Assembly (NCBI GenBank): GCA_965649765.1
Contig: OZ287749.1
Span: 89,652,001 to 89,716,000, forward strand
Origin: Bispira polyomma
Lineage: Eukaryota
DNA: 64,000 nucleotides
Direction of reading: 5' to 3'
The notes beneath the pieces are model-generated. The model ran no database searches. It was not told where the DNA came from and saw only the letters and a program-made list of their open reading frames with translations. The number at the start of each line of letters is the position of its first letter. Within the stretch, counting starts at the first letter, position 1. Shown here one piece after another: positions 13,514 to 27,100 of the stretch. The translations under genes and the position numbers were made by a program.

Positions 13514-14295
13514 GTCATGTATACCACCTATAATTCCCTTGAGCCATGTATACAACTTATAATTCCATTGAGCCATGTATACCACCTATAATTCCCTTGA
13601 GTCATGTATACCACCTATAATTCCCTTGAGTCATGTATACCACCTATAATTCCCTTGAGTCATGTATACCATCTATAATTCCCTTGAGTCATGTATACCA
13701 CCTATAATTCCCTTGAGTCATGTATACCACTTATAATTCCCTTGAGTCATGTATACCACTTGTAATTCCCTTGAATCATGTATACCATCTATAATTCCAT
13801 TGAGCCATGTATACCATCTATAATTCCCTTGAGCCATGTATACAACTTATAATTCCCTTGAATCATGTATACCACCTATAATTTCCTTGAGTCAAATATA
13901 CTACCTATAATTCCCTGGAGTCATGTATACCACCTATAATTCCCTTGAGTCATGTATACCACCTATAATTCCCTAGAGTCATGTAATACCACCTATAATT
14001 CCCTTGAGTCATGTATACCACCTATAATTCCCTAGAGCCATGTAATACTACCTATAATTCCCTTGAGTCATGTATACCACTTATAATTCCCTTGAGTCAT
14101 GTATACCACCTATAATTCCCTTGAGTCAAATATACCACCTATAATTCCCTTGAGTTATGTATACCACCTATAATTCCCTTGAGTCATGTATACCACCTAT
14201 AATTCCCTTGAGTCATGTATACCATCTATAATTCCCTTGAGTCATGTATACCACCTATAATTCCCTAGAGTCATGTAATACCACCTATAATTCTC
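13514..14295. repeat. 29-bp minisatellite, ~27 copies
   Basis: Unit CCCTTGAGTCATGTATACCACCTATAATT. Confidence 0.97.
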
Positions 14296-15169
14296 TACCT
14301 AATAACAGATTACCATATAGGTAGTAATTTTAGTGAACTGCCGAGCCATGCCTTGTGTGCACAGTCACTCCGACAGCCTCTCAAAATGCACACTTTTATC
14401 ATTACCAGTAGTTGTTCTAGAACTGGTTTACCAACTTAACCTTCTCTTAGTTTGCATTTATGTTCATATAAAATGGTCTACCGTGGTCTTGGAATTATAC
14501 TCTCAAGTAATGGCCCAATGTAAACAACGTACCATGCATAGACATTTTTTATGGTATGGTTCCAAATTTGAGACAGCACTACGCATGTCTGCTATTGATT
14601 CTGGGTAAAGGTTGCCCCCTACTAGTCACTTCATTCATTACAAAAAAAAAAAAATAATGGCAAATTTTTATATTATTGTATTTGGAAATTTCAGATGTCA
14701 TATTAAAAGTCGCCTGTCAGTTGTTCTTATAATAATTAACTATTAAACAATTAGGTACGTTGAAACAACACACATTTAAAATAATTGCAAAACAAATTGA
14801 CCGATATATGTGAAATAAGGGAGCATGTGTAACCAATAATGCACCAGATATACCCAGTGAACTCTTTAACTCAAAAAGGTCAATTATACTTGGTGCTTTA
14901 TGTTGAGTTGGAACATTGAGCCAAAATACGTGTTTCCCTGCCAATGCGCATTGTTTCATTTTAGAAAACCGTATAGTTTAAATATAATTATATATAAATC
15001 TTAAAATATACAACTACCACCGAGACATTTTATTCACAAATAGAAACAGCTGGTTAAAAATCTGGTTTTAATATCACACGTTAGATGTAATTAAATCAGA
15101 CCATCAGTACAGGTCAACCAAAATATATTACCCCTCAACTTCCTATTTCTCCTCATCTCTTCTGTTGTT

Positions 15170-15400
15170 AGAATTGAATTTAGTTGGGTTTCACTTTGCT
15201 GTCAACAGCTAAGGTCATATCATGACGGCCACATTCAATGGTTGAAGAAACCAGTGCTGAAGCACCTGTAAACCAGGCAGCACCGGCCTACAGCCACTAC
15301 CTTACAAACTTGTCCACATGAATAAATAAACCATATTCAAACCCACACATTGGTGAGAGGCCAGTGATTATAAAGCTAACCTTTCTAAACCATTAGGTCA
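15170..15400 (-). mobile_element. tRNA-derived SINE copy
   Basis: TGACCTAATGG A-box, AATCACTGGCCTCTCACCAATGTG body, TATGACCTTAGCTGTTGA tail; related copies at 25936-26150, 29885-30030, 41020-41560. Confidence 0.75.
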
Positions 15401-16720
15401 AAATCAAGTAACACACCAATGCAAATATATGAGGGTGTCAAAACGCCCCCCCCCCCTCCCCTGGCCAGGGGCGTCGAAACGGTCCTCAACATTTGCTACC
15501 AATCATTAGCTGCCTCATAGTTGTTGACCCATTTTTTTTTCTTTCTTTTTTTTATCGCTTAAAAATGGTATCAGTTTTGCATGATGCAAATTGTAATTCG
15601 ATAGTACAGAGATTAAGCGCCTTGTTTCTGTATATTTTCGTGAATTTTGAAATAAGGTGATTTTGGTGGTATGCCTTAGAATCCACTAGTATGGAGATTA
15701 AGGGCTGTGCCTCCTTATTGATCATTGTGTGAATTTTGCCCCTGGCTCACACCCATTATTTGGACATATAAATGTCTGTCAGTGGTTGACAGTTGTCTAT
15801 AGCATTGGTTTCTTCCACCATTAAGTCTGACCCCCACAATGGGACTCAATATATTGAGAAAGACGTCAAACCCATCTAAATTTAATTTTAATTTAACAGT
15901 GCCTGGCATTAACATTTGGCACAATTGAGTCAACATACTATATTTGCCCTTAGTGTGCAATGTTTCAATCAAATTTTCTTTTCTTTCTTTTTTTGTGAAA
16001 ATCATTCTCATAGAAACATGTCACCCTTATTGTGGGAAGGAATGACACTTTTTATGTATGGTTTACAACCATGTAACTTTTGCACCAATTTGTAATGCCA
16101 GTCACCAGTGGTTTTAAACTGTAGTTGTTTGTTTCCATAGACATGTAAAAGGCATGCGTAGATATCACACGCACCTATTAAAATTTAAATTGCTCTGGGA
16201 GTGATTTTCGAAGGATACGTACAGTGGGAGTGATTTTCGAATATTTACTTTTGTGTAACTTAAGCAGATAGTGTCCGAAATTCGCCACCTCCCAAAATAG
16301 TGTCTTTTTAGTAGAATTGTGGGTAATTTTTGCTAAAATGGAGATTTTTGTGACTTTGTGACTATTTTGCCGTAGTTACCTAAATTCCTGTTTTGTTTCG
16401 TTAGTTATTTATTTTATTTGGCTTAAAGTTTAGAGGTAGCGAATTTCAGATACAGTGGCGAATTTTAGATTCCTTACTCTAGCAGAAATTGGAAAGAGTT
16501 AAAACAGTATATTATATAATTATATTATCAAATAATTATTATATCCAACTTTTCAGATAGCATTCGCATGTACTCATTACATGCACACTTATATGAAAAT
16601 AATATTCTAAAAATCTTTAATTTACCTCCAATATACATATGAACTTACCAACAAGCCAGTCGGCACATACCATTTTTATGGATATAGATTTATAATATTA
16701 TATATATTACAGTGAATATG

Positions 16721-18347
16721 CAGTCTATGGAATAAGTGTCCCGGAAGCGCTGAGACTGGGATGGTATTTGGTTACAGTTCCCCCTCACAGACACACTTCA
16801 ATGTTGTAAATCTATCATCCCTTGCTGAGTTAGAGTTTTAACTGCCGACACAGTTTGTGTGTGTACAGTATTTGTGTACTACTGAAATGATCAGTATTTC
16901 ACCTAGTATCACACACACTCACTTTTAGTCCAACATTACATACATTAATGTGTGTCTTTATTTTGAAAATTCATAAAAACTATTTACAATTTGCGAATCA
17001 TATCAAGGTAAATAATAATGCTTTTTGTATTTTGCTTTATTTGTGTATATGAAATACATGAATGGTTATATTTTAGAAATAAAACAGTTGCATTTTTCCT
17101 ATATAAGTAAAAAGCTTAAAACCTACAGAAATCTATCCCACCAAAACAAAAGATCAACTGTTTTTGTTCTCTTTTGTGTAAATCTGGTATGTTATACATG
17201 TGTCATTGTATGCCCCGTTCACACATTGGTGGTATGGTAGGCAGTACCAGAAGTTTTTATAGCTTGTCATTCTGGGTGCTATTCAGGCTGATCCATCTGG
17301 AAGAAATATAACTCTCAAATAGGGTAAAACTTGTCAGATAAGTTTCACAGACAATTACTGGTGCTAAAGTTACAGTAGGGATACAGAAATACTCAGATTT
17401 CTGAGTACTGAGTTTTCTAAGTGAAAGATTTCTAAGTGATATAGTCGGGAACGTAGCTGAAGTTTAAAAAGTTAACGATAGGGTTCCCCATTTCAAAAGG
17501 CAATTTTCATAACTTCTGTCATCACCTTTCCATACCGTCATAGTGTGAACCCTACATTAGTATGTAGATGTGTTGATCACTTGTTTCCAAAATATTGTTA
17601 AAGACTTGACATCATAGTTTTCATGTTTTACTTTACTGTATTAAAATACAAGAGATAAAAGATATATATTTTACTTCTTGATTGGAATTTCTTCAAGAAA
17701 TATGGATTTACCTTAAATATAGACAAAAGTTCTGATTGACCATTATGAAATAATTATATTATTATATATATATTATGTATACTTACATATATTACACCAC
17801 TTATAAATAAACCTTACAGGTATTTGATTTAAATACATGATTAAACACTAATTTATTTCAATCTACAAATTATAACTTGCACAACTCAACTCTGAACTGT
17901 ACAAGTTTTAACTTTTACAAAACCCCGACTTGCACACCAAATACTGTAAATGCAAATCCATCAAGCCCAGCTCACTCACTGTAAACTTTGAAACTTGTCC
18001 AGTACCCTACTGTAAGTTATGAAATGTATGCTCTTGATATATATTGATTCTAAAACTAAAAACAAGGAATATTTCATGAAAACTGCATTGATGTTTCAGT
18101 TATAAAGTTAATAGCATTAATTTGAAAGTGTATATATTGTATTTTTGTGAAAATAGTTTTATGATGTGAAATCTTTGATAAGACAATGTAGCATATTTTA
18201 TGTATCTTACAACTGAAATTACACTACAAAGTCATAAATTCAAACTATCCAGACAGGGTGCTGATAGATTTGTGGTTACACACAGCAGGGGAGGGGGGAG
18301 GAAAAAAACCATTTAAAGGTTCCCAAAGACACTTATTCCATAGACTG
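16721..18347. mobile_element. Non-autonomous DNA transposon, 20-bp perfect TIRs, 4-bp TSD (TATG)
   Basis: CAGTCTATGGAATAAGTGTC (16721-40) / GACACTTATTCCATAGACTG (18328-47); TATG at 16717-20 and 18348-51. Confidence 0.85.
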
Positions 18348-19139
18348 TATGCGTAATCAGGGAATACGAGTATTCCCTGTTTTGTGTTTTGGTCGGGGAA
18401 CCAAATTCAGTGAATATGTGTAAGGGATAAAAGTCATTTTGTCATAAAATTTATGTAACAATACGCACATAAAATGGTTTGTGGGTTCTTTTATTGAAAT
18501 TAATTAATATCAGATACAAGTATAACTATTCAGTTTCATATATCTTTTATATGTTTAAGGAATTAAAGTCATTTTTACATAAAATTAATGTTAAAATATG
18601 CACATAAATAAGTTCATAGATTCTTTTAATAAATGAATTAATTTATGTGTATGGGGGATTATACCTATACTGTATTAATGCTAATATATATAAATATTTT
18701 TCAATATTTTAAGTTACAACCCCACTTGGCTTTCCATGATAAACAAAAAATATTTTTTTTTTTTTTAATATTTCTGCTATGTTCCAAAATAAGCTGATGT
18801 CTTCATATCATTAAATGATACCTTCCAATCAAGAAACTAACAAATATAAAAATAATTAAATTTATTAATGCACAGGTAATTCTCAGGATTATAAAGCTGA
18901 TATGATTACTTGCAGATGTACAGTTGCTTTGAAGTATAAAGCGAAGTATTTGGATCCAGTGGTCTTATTTCAGATGTACACTTTATTGGAATGGCTTCTT
19001 ACCTAAATATTCTTTCTAAGGTGTTCTTTTTCCATTTAAAGAAACATTAAATACCATTCAATGTAATAAGGATAAATTTCAAAACACTTTTGAATATAAT
19101 CAATTACAATTTTATGAAGGCCTGACATGTTTTGGTTGA

Positions 19140-19294
19140 AAGATCCTCAGTGGCCCAGTGGTTAGCAAGTTTGGCATCTAATTACAGGCTGTCACCTGTG
19201 TGTAGGTTCACCTCCCACAAGTGACAAATGCTAAGGGCCTGTCCCAATATGACCCTGGCTGTTGAAAGGGACGTAAAACCCTAAACTTTGACTT
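19140..19294 (+). mobile_element. Short tRNA-derived SINE with 12-bp TSD
   Basis: TSD TGTTTTGGTTGA at 19128-39 and 19295-306; A-box TGGCCCAGTGG; tail TATGACCCTGGCTGTTGAAAGGGACGTAAAAC. Confidence 0.85.
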
Positions 19295-20973
19295 TGTTTT
19301 GGTTGATATGTAATCTGAAGTGTTTCAGTTATGTTCATTCCTGATTTAATAATCAGTATCACGGATAGGTCAATTTAAAGAAATTTAAAGACAAAAGTTT
19401 AAAAAAAAGAATTCAAAATTGCTAGCTAACAGCCAACTTTAAAAATAAGACATGAAAACTACCTTTTGACAAAGTAAGTATCTTCTTAACAGGATTACAA
19501 AAGTAAAATTCACATTTAAAGTTTACATTTGCTTTTAAAAATTTATACATTTATTTAGAATGTTAAATCTTTTTAGAATATATTTAAATATGTTTTAAAA
19601 GTTTGACTTTGTACAAATTAATTAAATTTCAGATATTGGATAATAATGTTTGATATTATTACTTTGTATAATTGGAATTTTTTTTTGTATATTGGAATAC
19701 TTTTTTTACTGAGAATATTAATTTCTGCATAGAATTGAAATTGTATTTTACTTCAGATATGAACTATAATTTACATTAACTTTCATATATTTGTTAGTTC
19801 AAAATTGTTTCAATAAAGTTTCAAACTTTGAAATAACTTTGTTAAACTTAATTCAGGAAATACGCATATTCCCTGATGCTCTAAATCAGGGAATATGCGT
19901 ATTGCCTTGAAATTTTAGGAAATATGCGCATTCCCTGATTACACATATTTACTTTAACATATATATATATAAAATGGTCACAAATATTAAATTTCAGTAA
20001 AAGTTACAAGATAATCCAAGTATCTATCATACTAATATGCAAGTGTGTTTAAGTGTGTTGCAGGCATTGTGAGCCATTGTTATTGCAATTAATGGAAACC
20101 TTGGGCTACAGAAACAACTAATCTGACGTTATTTTTGTAAGTTAGACATTATATTTACAAACATATACATTTTTGTCGAAAATCACCTTCTCTAACGCTT
20201 ATAGTTTTACATGTTTATGCCATTATACTTCTCCAAACTACTCATCTTTCTTGAACGTCACCTTTTCAACACTTATCATTTACTAATATCACTTTATGTT
20301 TGTAAGTTCGACATCATACGCCCTATTCTCTAAAAAACCTTAGATGCAAAATGGAGAAAGTTTTCAGACAAAACTAGAATTAACTTCCACATCTATTTAT
20401 ATTCCCATACTAACGGGAATAACCTCAATTCAAACCTGACCTACCTAAAATTTTAAAAATATTAAAAATAGTTTTAAAAAAATAATGACCAAATTGAAAT
20501 TTTTTTTAAATTTTAAAGTAAAAAAAATCAAAAATTAATATTTGAAAAATAGAAAGCAAAAACAATAATATAACAAAATTCAATTTTTTTAAAAATTCAA
20601 ATTATTATCTTTCAATTTATGAAAAAAATTAAAAAATATGTAAATTCTAAAAAAAAAAAAAAAAAATTATAAATCTAAATAGTTTACATTTGAAATCATG
20701 ATAGTTTCCACATAACCACGTGACTTAGTTTATAACATCACTAAATGATAAAAAGTTTCTTACAATCCACCTTAGAAAGTTTAGTAAAATTATCATTACA
20801 GTTGAGTCAAACTACAACCTTCCTCCCATTATTTTGGTCACTTTCTTCCTTCTCCACTCACCCGCACACATGCCTGTGGGCGCGGGCAACCCTCAGTGCA
20901 TGCCAAAAAAATATAAAGGAAGAAAAAGATTTTTATAAGTTCTCTTCTTTTTGAAAGTAGTCACCGGAAGAGT

Positions 20974-21139
20974 CTATGGAATGTTGCACCCAAGTCTGTC
21001 TATTATTGTAGCGCTAAATTCTTCAGTCGTGTTTGTGTCCATGGCAAAAAGGTTAGGATCTACTTCCAGGTCACCACTTCCTGAACCTTCAAACAGCTCA
21101 TTTTCGCGTTTGCTGCTGTATGGCACCACCTTAAGAAAT
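20974..21139 (-). CDS. CILP: Coding exon 12 (terminal): end of VWA-like domain, stop TAG
   Basis: TGACAG acceptor; phase-2 join gives (E)FLKVVPYSSKRENELFEGSGSGDLEVDPNLFAMDTNTTEEFSATIIDRLGCNIP*. Confidence 0.78.
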
Positions 21140-24100
21140 CTGTCAAGTACAGTAAAAATTTGGTAAATGTGAATGTATATGTAAATGTATGTGTAGGTTT
21201 ATAGTCTGATATAACCTTTGTATAAGGCACCTTGTCCGCGAATATAATTTTCAGGCCTGCAGCGAGGATCGAACAGGGGCTCTGAGATCTCCCAGATCCA
21301 AAGTCTGACACTCCAACCGCTAGGCCCCGCCCGCCCCCCCTTCCCCCATTAATTCCCTCCCTGTACACGCCCACATCCATCTCTACCGATCTTGGCTATG
21401 TTTTTGAGGTGGGACTTTCCCTTTTGGTTGATTGATTCCAGTGTTGCACTTTAAAAGATGCATCAGCATCAATAAGGCATATTAAAAAAGCAAAATACAA
21501 TACAAATACAAGAAAAGTATCACAGTCAAGTGGCAAATATAAACCCCGAAATCATATACATCATATATATACATATATCAAGTATGTTACTTACTCTACT
21601 GATTTATCAAGCTCTGTGCTGTTAAATTGCGATACATAGAAGTCATAGTCAAATGCAATTAGCAAAACTTTCACCCCGTCCCTAGTCTCCTCCAGCACAG
21701 TGTTGATTGTATCATTGCTCTGACTGAGGTTAATACTGCCATTAACAGCCTCGTCCTCAGTGAAATCCTTCATAGCATTATCCAGCATTTCGTTGGAGCT
21801 GGTGTACTGTGACGTCAGATTCCACAAGAGGTTGACCTCACTATTTAGTAGGGTCAATGACACACGCACATTTTCTGGGCCGATGGGCATCTGCTCCACA
21901 ATTGTGAGTATCCAATCTAGACTATTTTCTTCTTGACTGTTAACTTGGGGATTCAGGATGATAATAACTTCCCCAAAACAATCAATGTTTGCTGAAAACA
22001 GATAGACATAAAATGTTGCATATACTTAACATGGCAATAAATAGAGAGCAATAATTTTTTTGCTTGGTTTGAGACTTTGAAATACTTTGTAATTGTTATT
22101 ATGTGTGTTTCATCTTTATGTTCATAAAATATATTTGAAACAAACTAAGAGAGTTATTTGATATATCTATATAATATTAAATAGATATACATGGAAAAGT
22201 AAACACATAAAGAACTCTTGAACCATAATACAACGATGATAACTACAGCACAACTATAACAATTTTACACAGCCTTTTAAAGATAAGGTTTACTTGTAAA
22301 GTGCAACTCACTTCCAAATTGCACAGCAAACTCTTCATCATCAGCCTCAATGCAGCTACTGAAGGCAGCAATATCAGACTCTGTTGGTGTAGATCCAGAT
22401 CTTGTTTCGCAGAAGATGCCTCCAATCGACCCGGCTCCACTTATATCGAAGGCAAAGACAGAGTCAAACCGCTCCACCGAGAATGTGTCATTCAGGTCAG
22501 AGTTGACTACACTGGCATTTAGGCGAACTCCATTATCCTTATACCAAGCGATAATGGAAACACGGGTGTAGCTGTCTTCCAGGTTATGCTGGGTATCCGT
22601 GGAGCAGCCTCTTGTTCCCGGAGGTTTTACCTTTGAACATACCACCCCACCTACGGTGCAGTTTTCATGGAATCCATACACATCCAGGGGCTCGATCTCC
22701 TGCAAACTGCTGTTGTACTGAAGCGTGCCCACCTGACTCAGCGCCTGGACCTTCACATCGTTGGTGTACTGGGCAATCTTGACTCGAACATAGCAAGTGG
22801 TGTACTGCTGGGCTCTGATTTCTGGAGCACTGTACCATGACTTGTAGTACTGAGGTTTGCAGGTGTCAGTCAAGGTGTCTCTGAACTGGATCCCCTGGAA
22901 CTCGTAACACTGGTCCTCCTTGTGCAAGTGAAAGCGGAAGTGACGATGGGAGATTGGTGCATCCGTGCAAGTCGGAGAGTATGGCCACTTCCCCTCCCAG
23001 TCATAAAATGGACCCATGGCATCTGGCACTGCGGAAAGGTCATAGTTCACCTGGATTTTATCTTCTAGGGCTTCATACTCAAGGGTATCTACTAAGTAGT
23101 CGAGCCCGGTGTGATTTACTGCAGGCACTAAGTACTTGCCATCCTTTTCTGCCACTAAGAATCCATTAAAATCAAATCGAACGTTGCCGTTACGAGGGCT
23201 GTCACAGCGGTGGATGATGCAATATCCCTCCAAGTCGTTATTGTTGTAGGCAATTCTTGTTGAATAGGAATATGTATGGTCATTCCCGGCGATAAAAGCA
23301 TATAACTTGACTCCTCTGATCTGGTCTCTCTCCAAGAAATCTTCGTTCTCATAAATCCTGACCTTAGAAAGGCAGGTGGTGGTTGAAACGGCATCAAAGT
23401 TGAACCAGGGGGAAGAAGATGATATACCCGCAATATTTACACTATAATATGAGGACTGCCTCTTTTTCCGTTCTGAAGTTATGGCTTTAACTGAGGCTAA
23501 TTCTTCCCACATGCCAGAGAAAGGGTTGAAGACGTATAATTTGATAGCAGAGAGAGGGTTCGTTGCCCCGGGACTGTCCGTCTCATCCACATCCCCAAGT
23601 ACTGCGGCAGGTATATTTAGCTGAACTTCGTTCACTATTTGAAGCGGGGTAGTACCGTCAGCAGCATAAAATGACAGCTGCATCATACCTGGTAAGATGT
23701 GGGAACAGAATATCACAATGTATTCATAAGCAAGTATTTCTATTATCACTGACAGTTGTATTGTACCATTGTATTGTATGATGTATTTTTAACGCGCCTT
23801 GTTGATGCAAAGCATCTACTAAAGCATAACAACAGAATCAGTTAACCGATAGAGAAGTCCAAAAACTTAGCCAAGGTCGTAAGGAAGGATGTGGGGGTGT
23901 ACAGGATACTCTTACACTGGAACTAAACCACCATGTGATGAAAGCCAATTATACTTCAAATGGGGTATGCCAATGGTATGCTTAACTAGTAATATATTTT
24001 GCAAAAACACTCTATAATTGTTTTAAATGTGTTTCAGGTCAAATAACACAGAGGGTGCAGGAAGCATATCCTCAGGCTCATGCACTGGGTCAATTGAGGA

Positions 24101-27100
24101 TAATGTGGAATTTATTCAGTCTCACAATTGCTACCATTTATGACCATTCATTTTGAACTATTACAAAACCTTTACATGCAGATCTGTAGAGAGACGAGTT
24201 CAAACATGCTCACCAACTTCATAAATATGAAGGCCTCAGGTTTGACTGGAGAATCGAGTATTTTTCCAGAATATGGATGCTAACACTGAAATCTAATTTT
24301 AATTCCATGTCTTATTTATTTAGACCGTAAGAAAAACATTAGAACACTGGGTACTAAAGTGCTCAAAATACACTCCAATTGGTTGATACCATCGGTAAAG
24401 GTAAGAACCTTTCGCCAAGGAAAGCTTTAAAAACTCTAGAATAATTAAAACAGTCATATCGTGACCTTGGTATTGCTACGTCACACGAGTTCAAATCAAA
24501 ATTAAAACCTCATTTTTTAAAAACAAATCTCAGGCCGAAGCCTTTTTGTTGTGTCATAACATGGGTTCTAATCCAGCATATATGAAAGCATTATGTATAC
24601 TATTTCCCTTTAAAAAACATATATATTATGTTTAATGATTTATCTTTTATATATAATTTCGTACATAATTCAATGTTCATTATGTAATATATAAAATCTG
24701 GGTATTTTTGAAAATTACCATAGCATGTTGAGCTTTATTGAAAATGTAACTCATACAAAAAAATTCCTTATTTATCTGGTGGTTGACAAAATCAGTGTGG
24801 ACACTTCCCCCTAAAATCCTAGTTCTGCACTATAAAGTTTCAGTGTTTCTTGCCTTTTGTCACATAATGTTCCACAACATGTGGTATCTGTGATCTGTGT
24901 AATGCAAAAAGCCACTTTGTGTGAATGTTGATATGTGGCACATATTACATATATCATAGGATTTCACTGGTTATAGTAGAGAGGATTTTTGTATCTTTCT
25001 TTGTACTCTTAATCTTTAATGAGTCATATAACTCTAGCATAACAGTCCCATATGAGAACAGGAGACTGAAAAGAAAGGGAGTCTGCACTGATATTGTGGT
25101 ATTGATTAATTTTTGTATGTGCTTTGTGTCACGTTTGAGAAAGGTGTACATGAAAAAACTTCATATTCCTGTTTCAATTCTACACAGTGTTAATACTTGC
25201 TGCTGATAAATTGTTAAAATAAAATTTTTAATTAAAAAAAAAATAAACTTCTTTGTTAATAACTTCCTTCTTCATTAGTTGCACTCACTCACCATCAAAT
25301 AAAAACCCTAATAAAAAATAGACTTTGAAGACTTTATAACATAATAGTGCTTTAATAGAGTTTTTCTTTCATAATGTAGTCTATCTGCGATCGTTTTGCG
25401 TGTTTTCTTTACTAAACCCTTAAGAAAACCACTACAGAGATCCAAATTTATGACATCATTGCCCATGTCTGCTGTGAATTCTGAAAAATGGTGGCCCCAT
25501 AGTCGCTTTAATTAATACAAAAAAATTATTGGATTTTGTTTTCATATTCTTGCATTTTTGTCAAATTTTGAAGATGCCTGTAAACTATTAAAGTAGTAAA
25601 TTACCATAATTATGATGGAAAATATACACATTTAGATCAATTGCAACAAAAATTGAACATTGTTTGTGAAATAAATGGGCGTGCTTCACCCATAATGTAT
25701 CACACACACAGTGACCCCTTAACGGTAAAAAAAGTTGATTGTAATCGCCTCTATCTACTTACCATAGGTCCTCAGTTGTTCCTCCTCTCCATCCGAACCA
25801 GATGTGGTGAAATCCCCTGGAGCAGACTCCAGCTGTTTTACGTCTTTTGGATCAATGATAGACACATAAGGGGTGACCAATCCCTTAAAAAAGAAGGTAC
25901 AGATATTATAAACTAACAACAATATCCTTTACCAGTTAGAATTTAAATTTGAATTTAGTTGGGTTTTTATGTGGCTTTTAACAGTTCAGGTCACAATGGC
26001 CAGCTCTAAACCAGTGGAAAAAACCGGTGCTGAATCCATGGTAAACCACTGACTAAATTTCTCACAGGAAGAAATAAACGGTATTGAAACCCACATTGGT
26101 GAAAGGCCAGTGATTAATTGCAAGCGCTAAACACTAGGTCATTGCGGCTCCTTTATTTCTAGTTATTTTGTTTTTAAATTTACATAACATTGTACTTCAC
26201 ATGTGCTAATGCAAAAATTATTTGTGTGTCAATTTAAATTTCTCTTACATGTGAATTAACTGAATGACTTACTATATAAAACAAGGGACAAAAACACATT
26301 TCTCTATAATTACACTGAAAGTCTTTTGTTAAAAGGTGCATTATAAAGCACTTTTAAAGTATTATAGGTACCCATTAGACAATAATTTATCCTTCTGTTT
26401 GCATTTTAAGCTCAGAGCTTCACTAAGTCTAAGCCAGTTTAAATTATATCAGTACTAAGTGATAAATTTTATTAAGCTTTTTGTAATGCCACTATTTAGA
26501 CGAGTGGTACACCACATTAAAGAAACACCACAATCAGTTAGATACTTTACTGAGTGCTGTATAATAACACTATCATCATATATTACTAATTAATTTACAC
26601 TGTATGTAAAAGCGTAAGCGACAGGAAAAACTCCATGCATCACCAAAAGTAGAAGGATTTTTACCTCATACAGGTTACCGGCTTCATCATAGAATGAATC
26701 GGCAGGGACAGCAACATCCACGAGCTTATCATCAGCTTGAGTCTTTATGTTTAAAGTTTGAGCCACTGTGCTGTTTATAACAGGTAGAACCGTTACAGAA
26801 GGAAGTTTGATGCTGACATAGAAGACTCCATCTGCGTCCTCTTCCAAATGCAGCACGGCTGTAGTGTCCGCATAGTCAACATGACTCAGAGGCTTGGCCG
26901 TAATGGCTACAGTCCTAACACCTTCTGGTACGGTGAAGTAAAATTGACCATTGATGGCTGTGCTGGTGACCAATGTTTTGTTATAATAGATCTCCACATC
27001 TTTTAGAGGGGTGTTGTCGGGGCTCCCAAAAACAAACCCCTGGATGTCTATTACTGGATTTGTGCACTCTGAACAGCCACATGCCACGGCCTTTTGGATA

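Larger units (their letters stand above)
16709..19955. mobile_element. Older TIR element with subterminal CAGGGAATA repeats, left TIR split by the 16721-18347 insertion
   Basis: Rejoined left end AGTGAATATGCGTAATCAGGGAATACG matches the reverse complement of CGCATTCCCTGATTACACATATTTACT (19927-19953). Confidence 0.75.

Noticed and set aside
13514-14295. CRISPR array (29-bp repeat)
   Set aside because: No spacers; a plain minisatellite.
14330-14610. Coding-looking stretch on the minus strand (YPESIADMRSAVSNLEPY...)
   Set aside because: Short, stop-bounded, no convincing splice sites or recognisable family.
21253-21333. Functional tRNA-Gln gene
   Set aside because: Acceptor stem does not pair and the variable region is oversized; needs tRNAscan-SE, likely a pseudo-tRNA or SINE head.
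21591-21593. TAA as the gene's definitive stop (ORF track)
   Set aside because: It overlaps a consensus GTAAGT donor, and an in-phase downstream exon completes the domain; kept only as a possible retention isoform.
22243-23433. Small overlapping ORFs on both strands within exon 10
   Set aside because: Alternative-frame or antisense by-products of the real coding exon.
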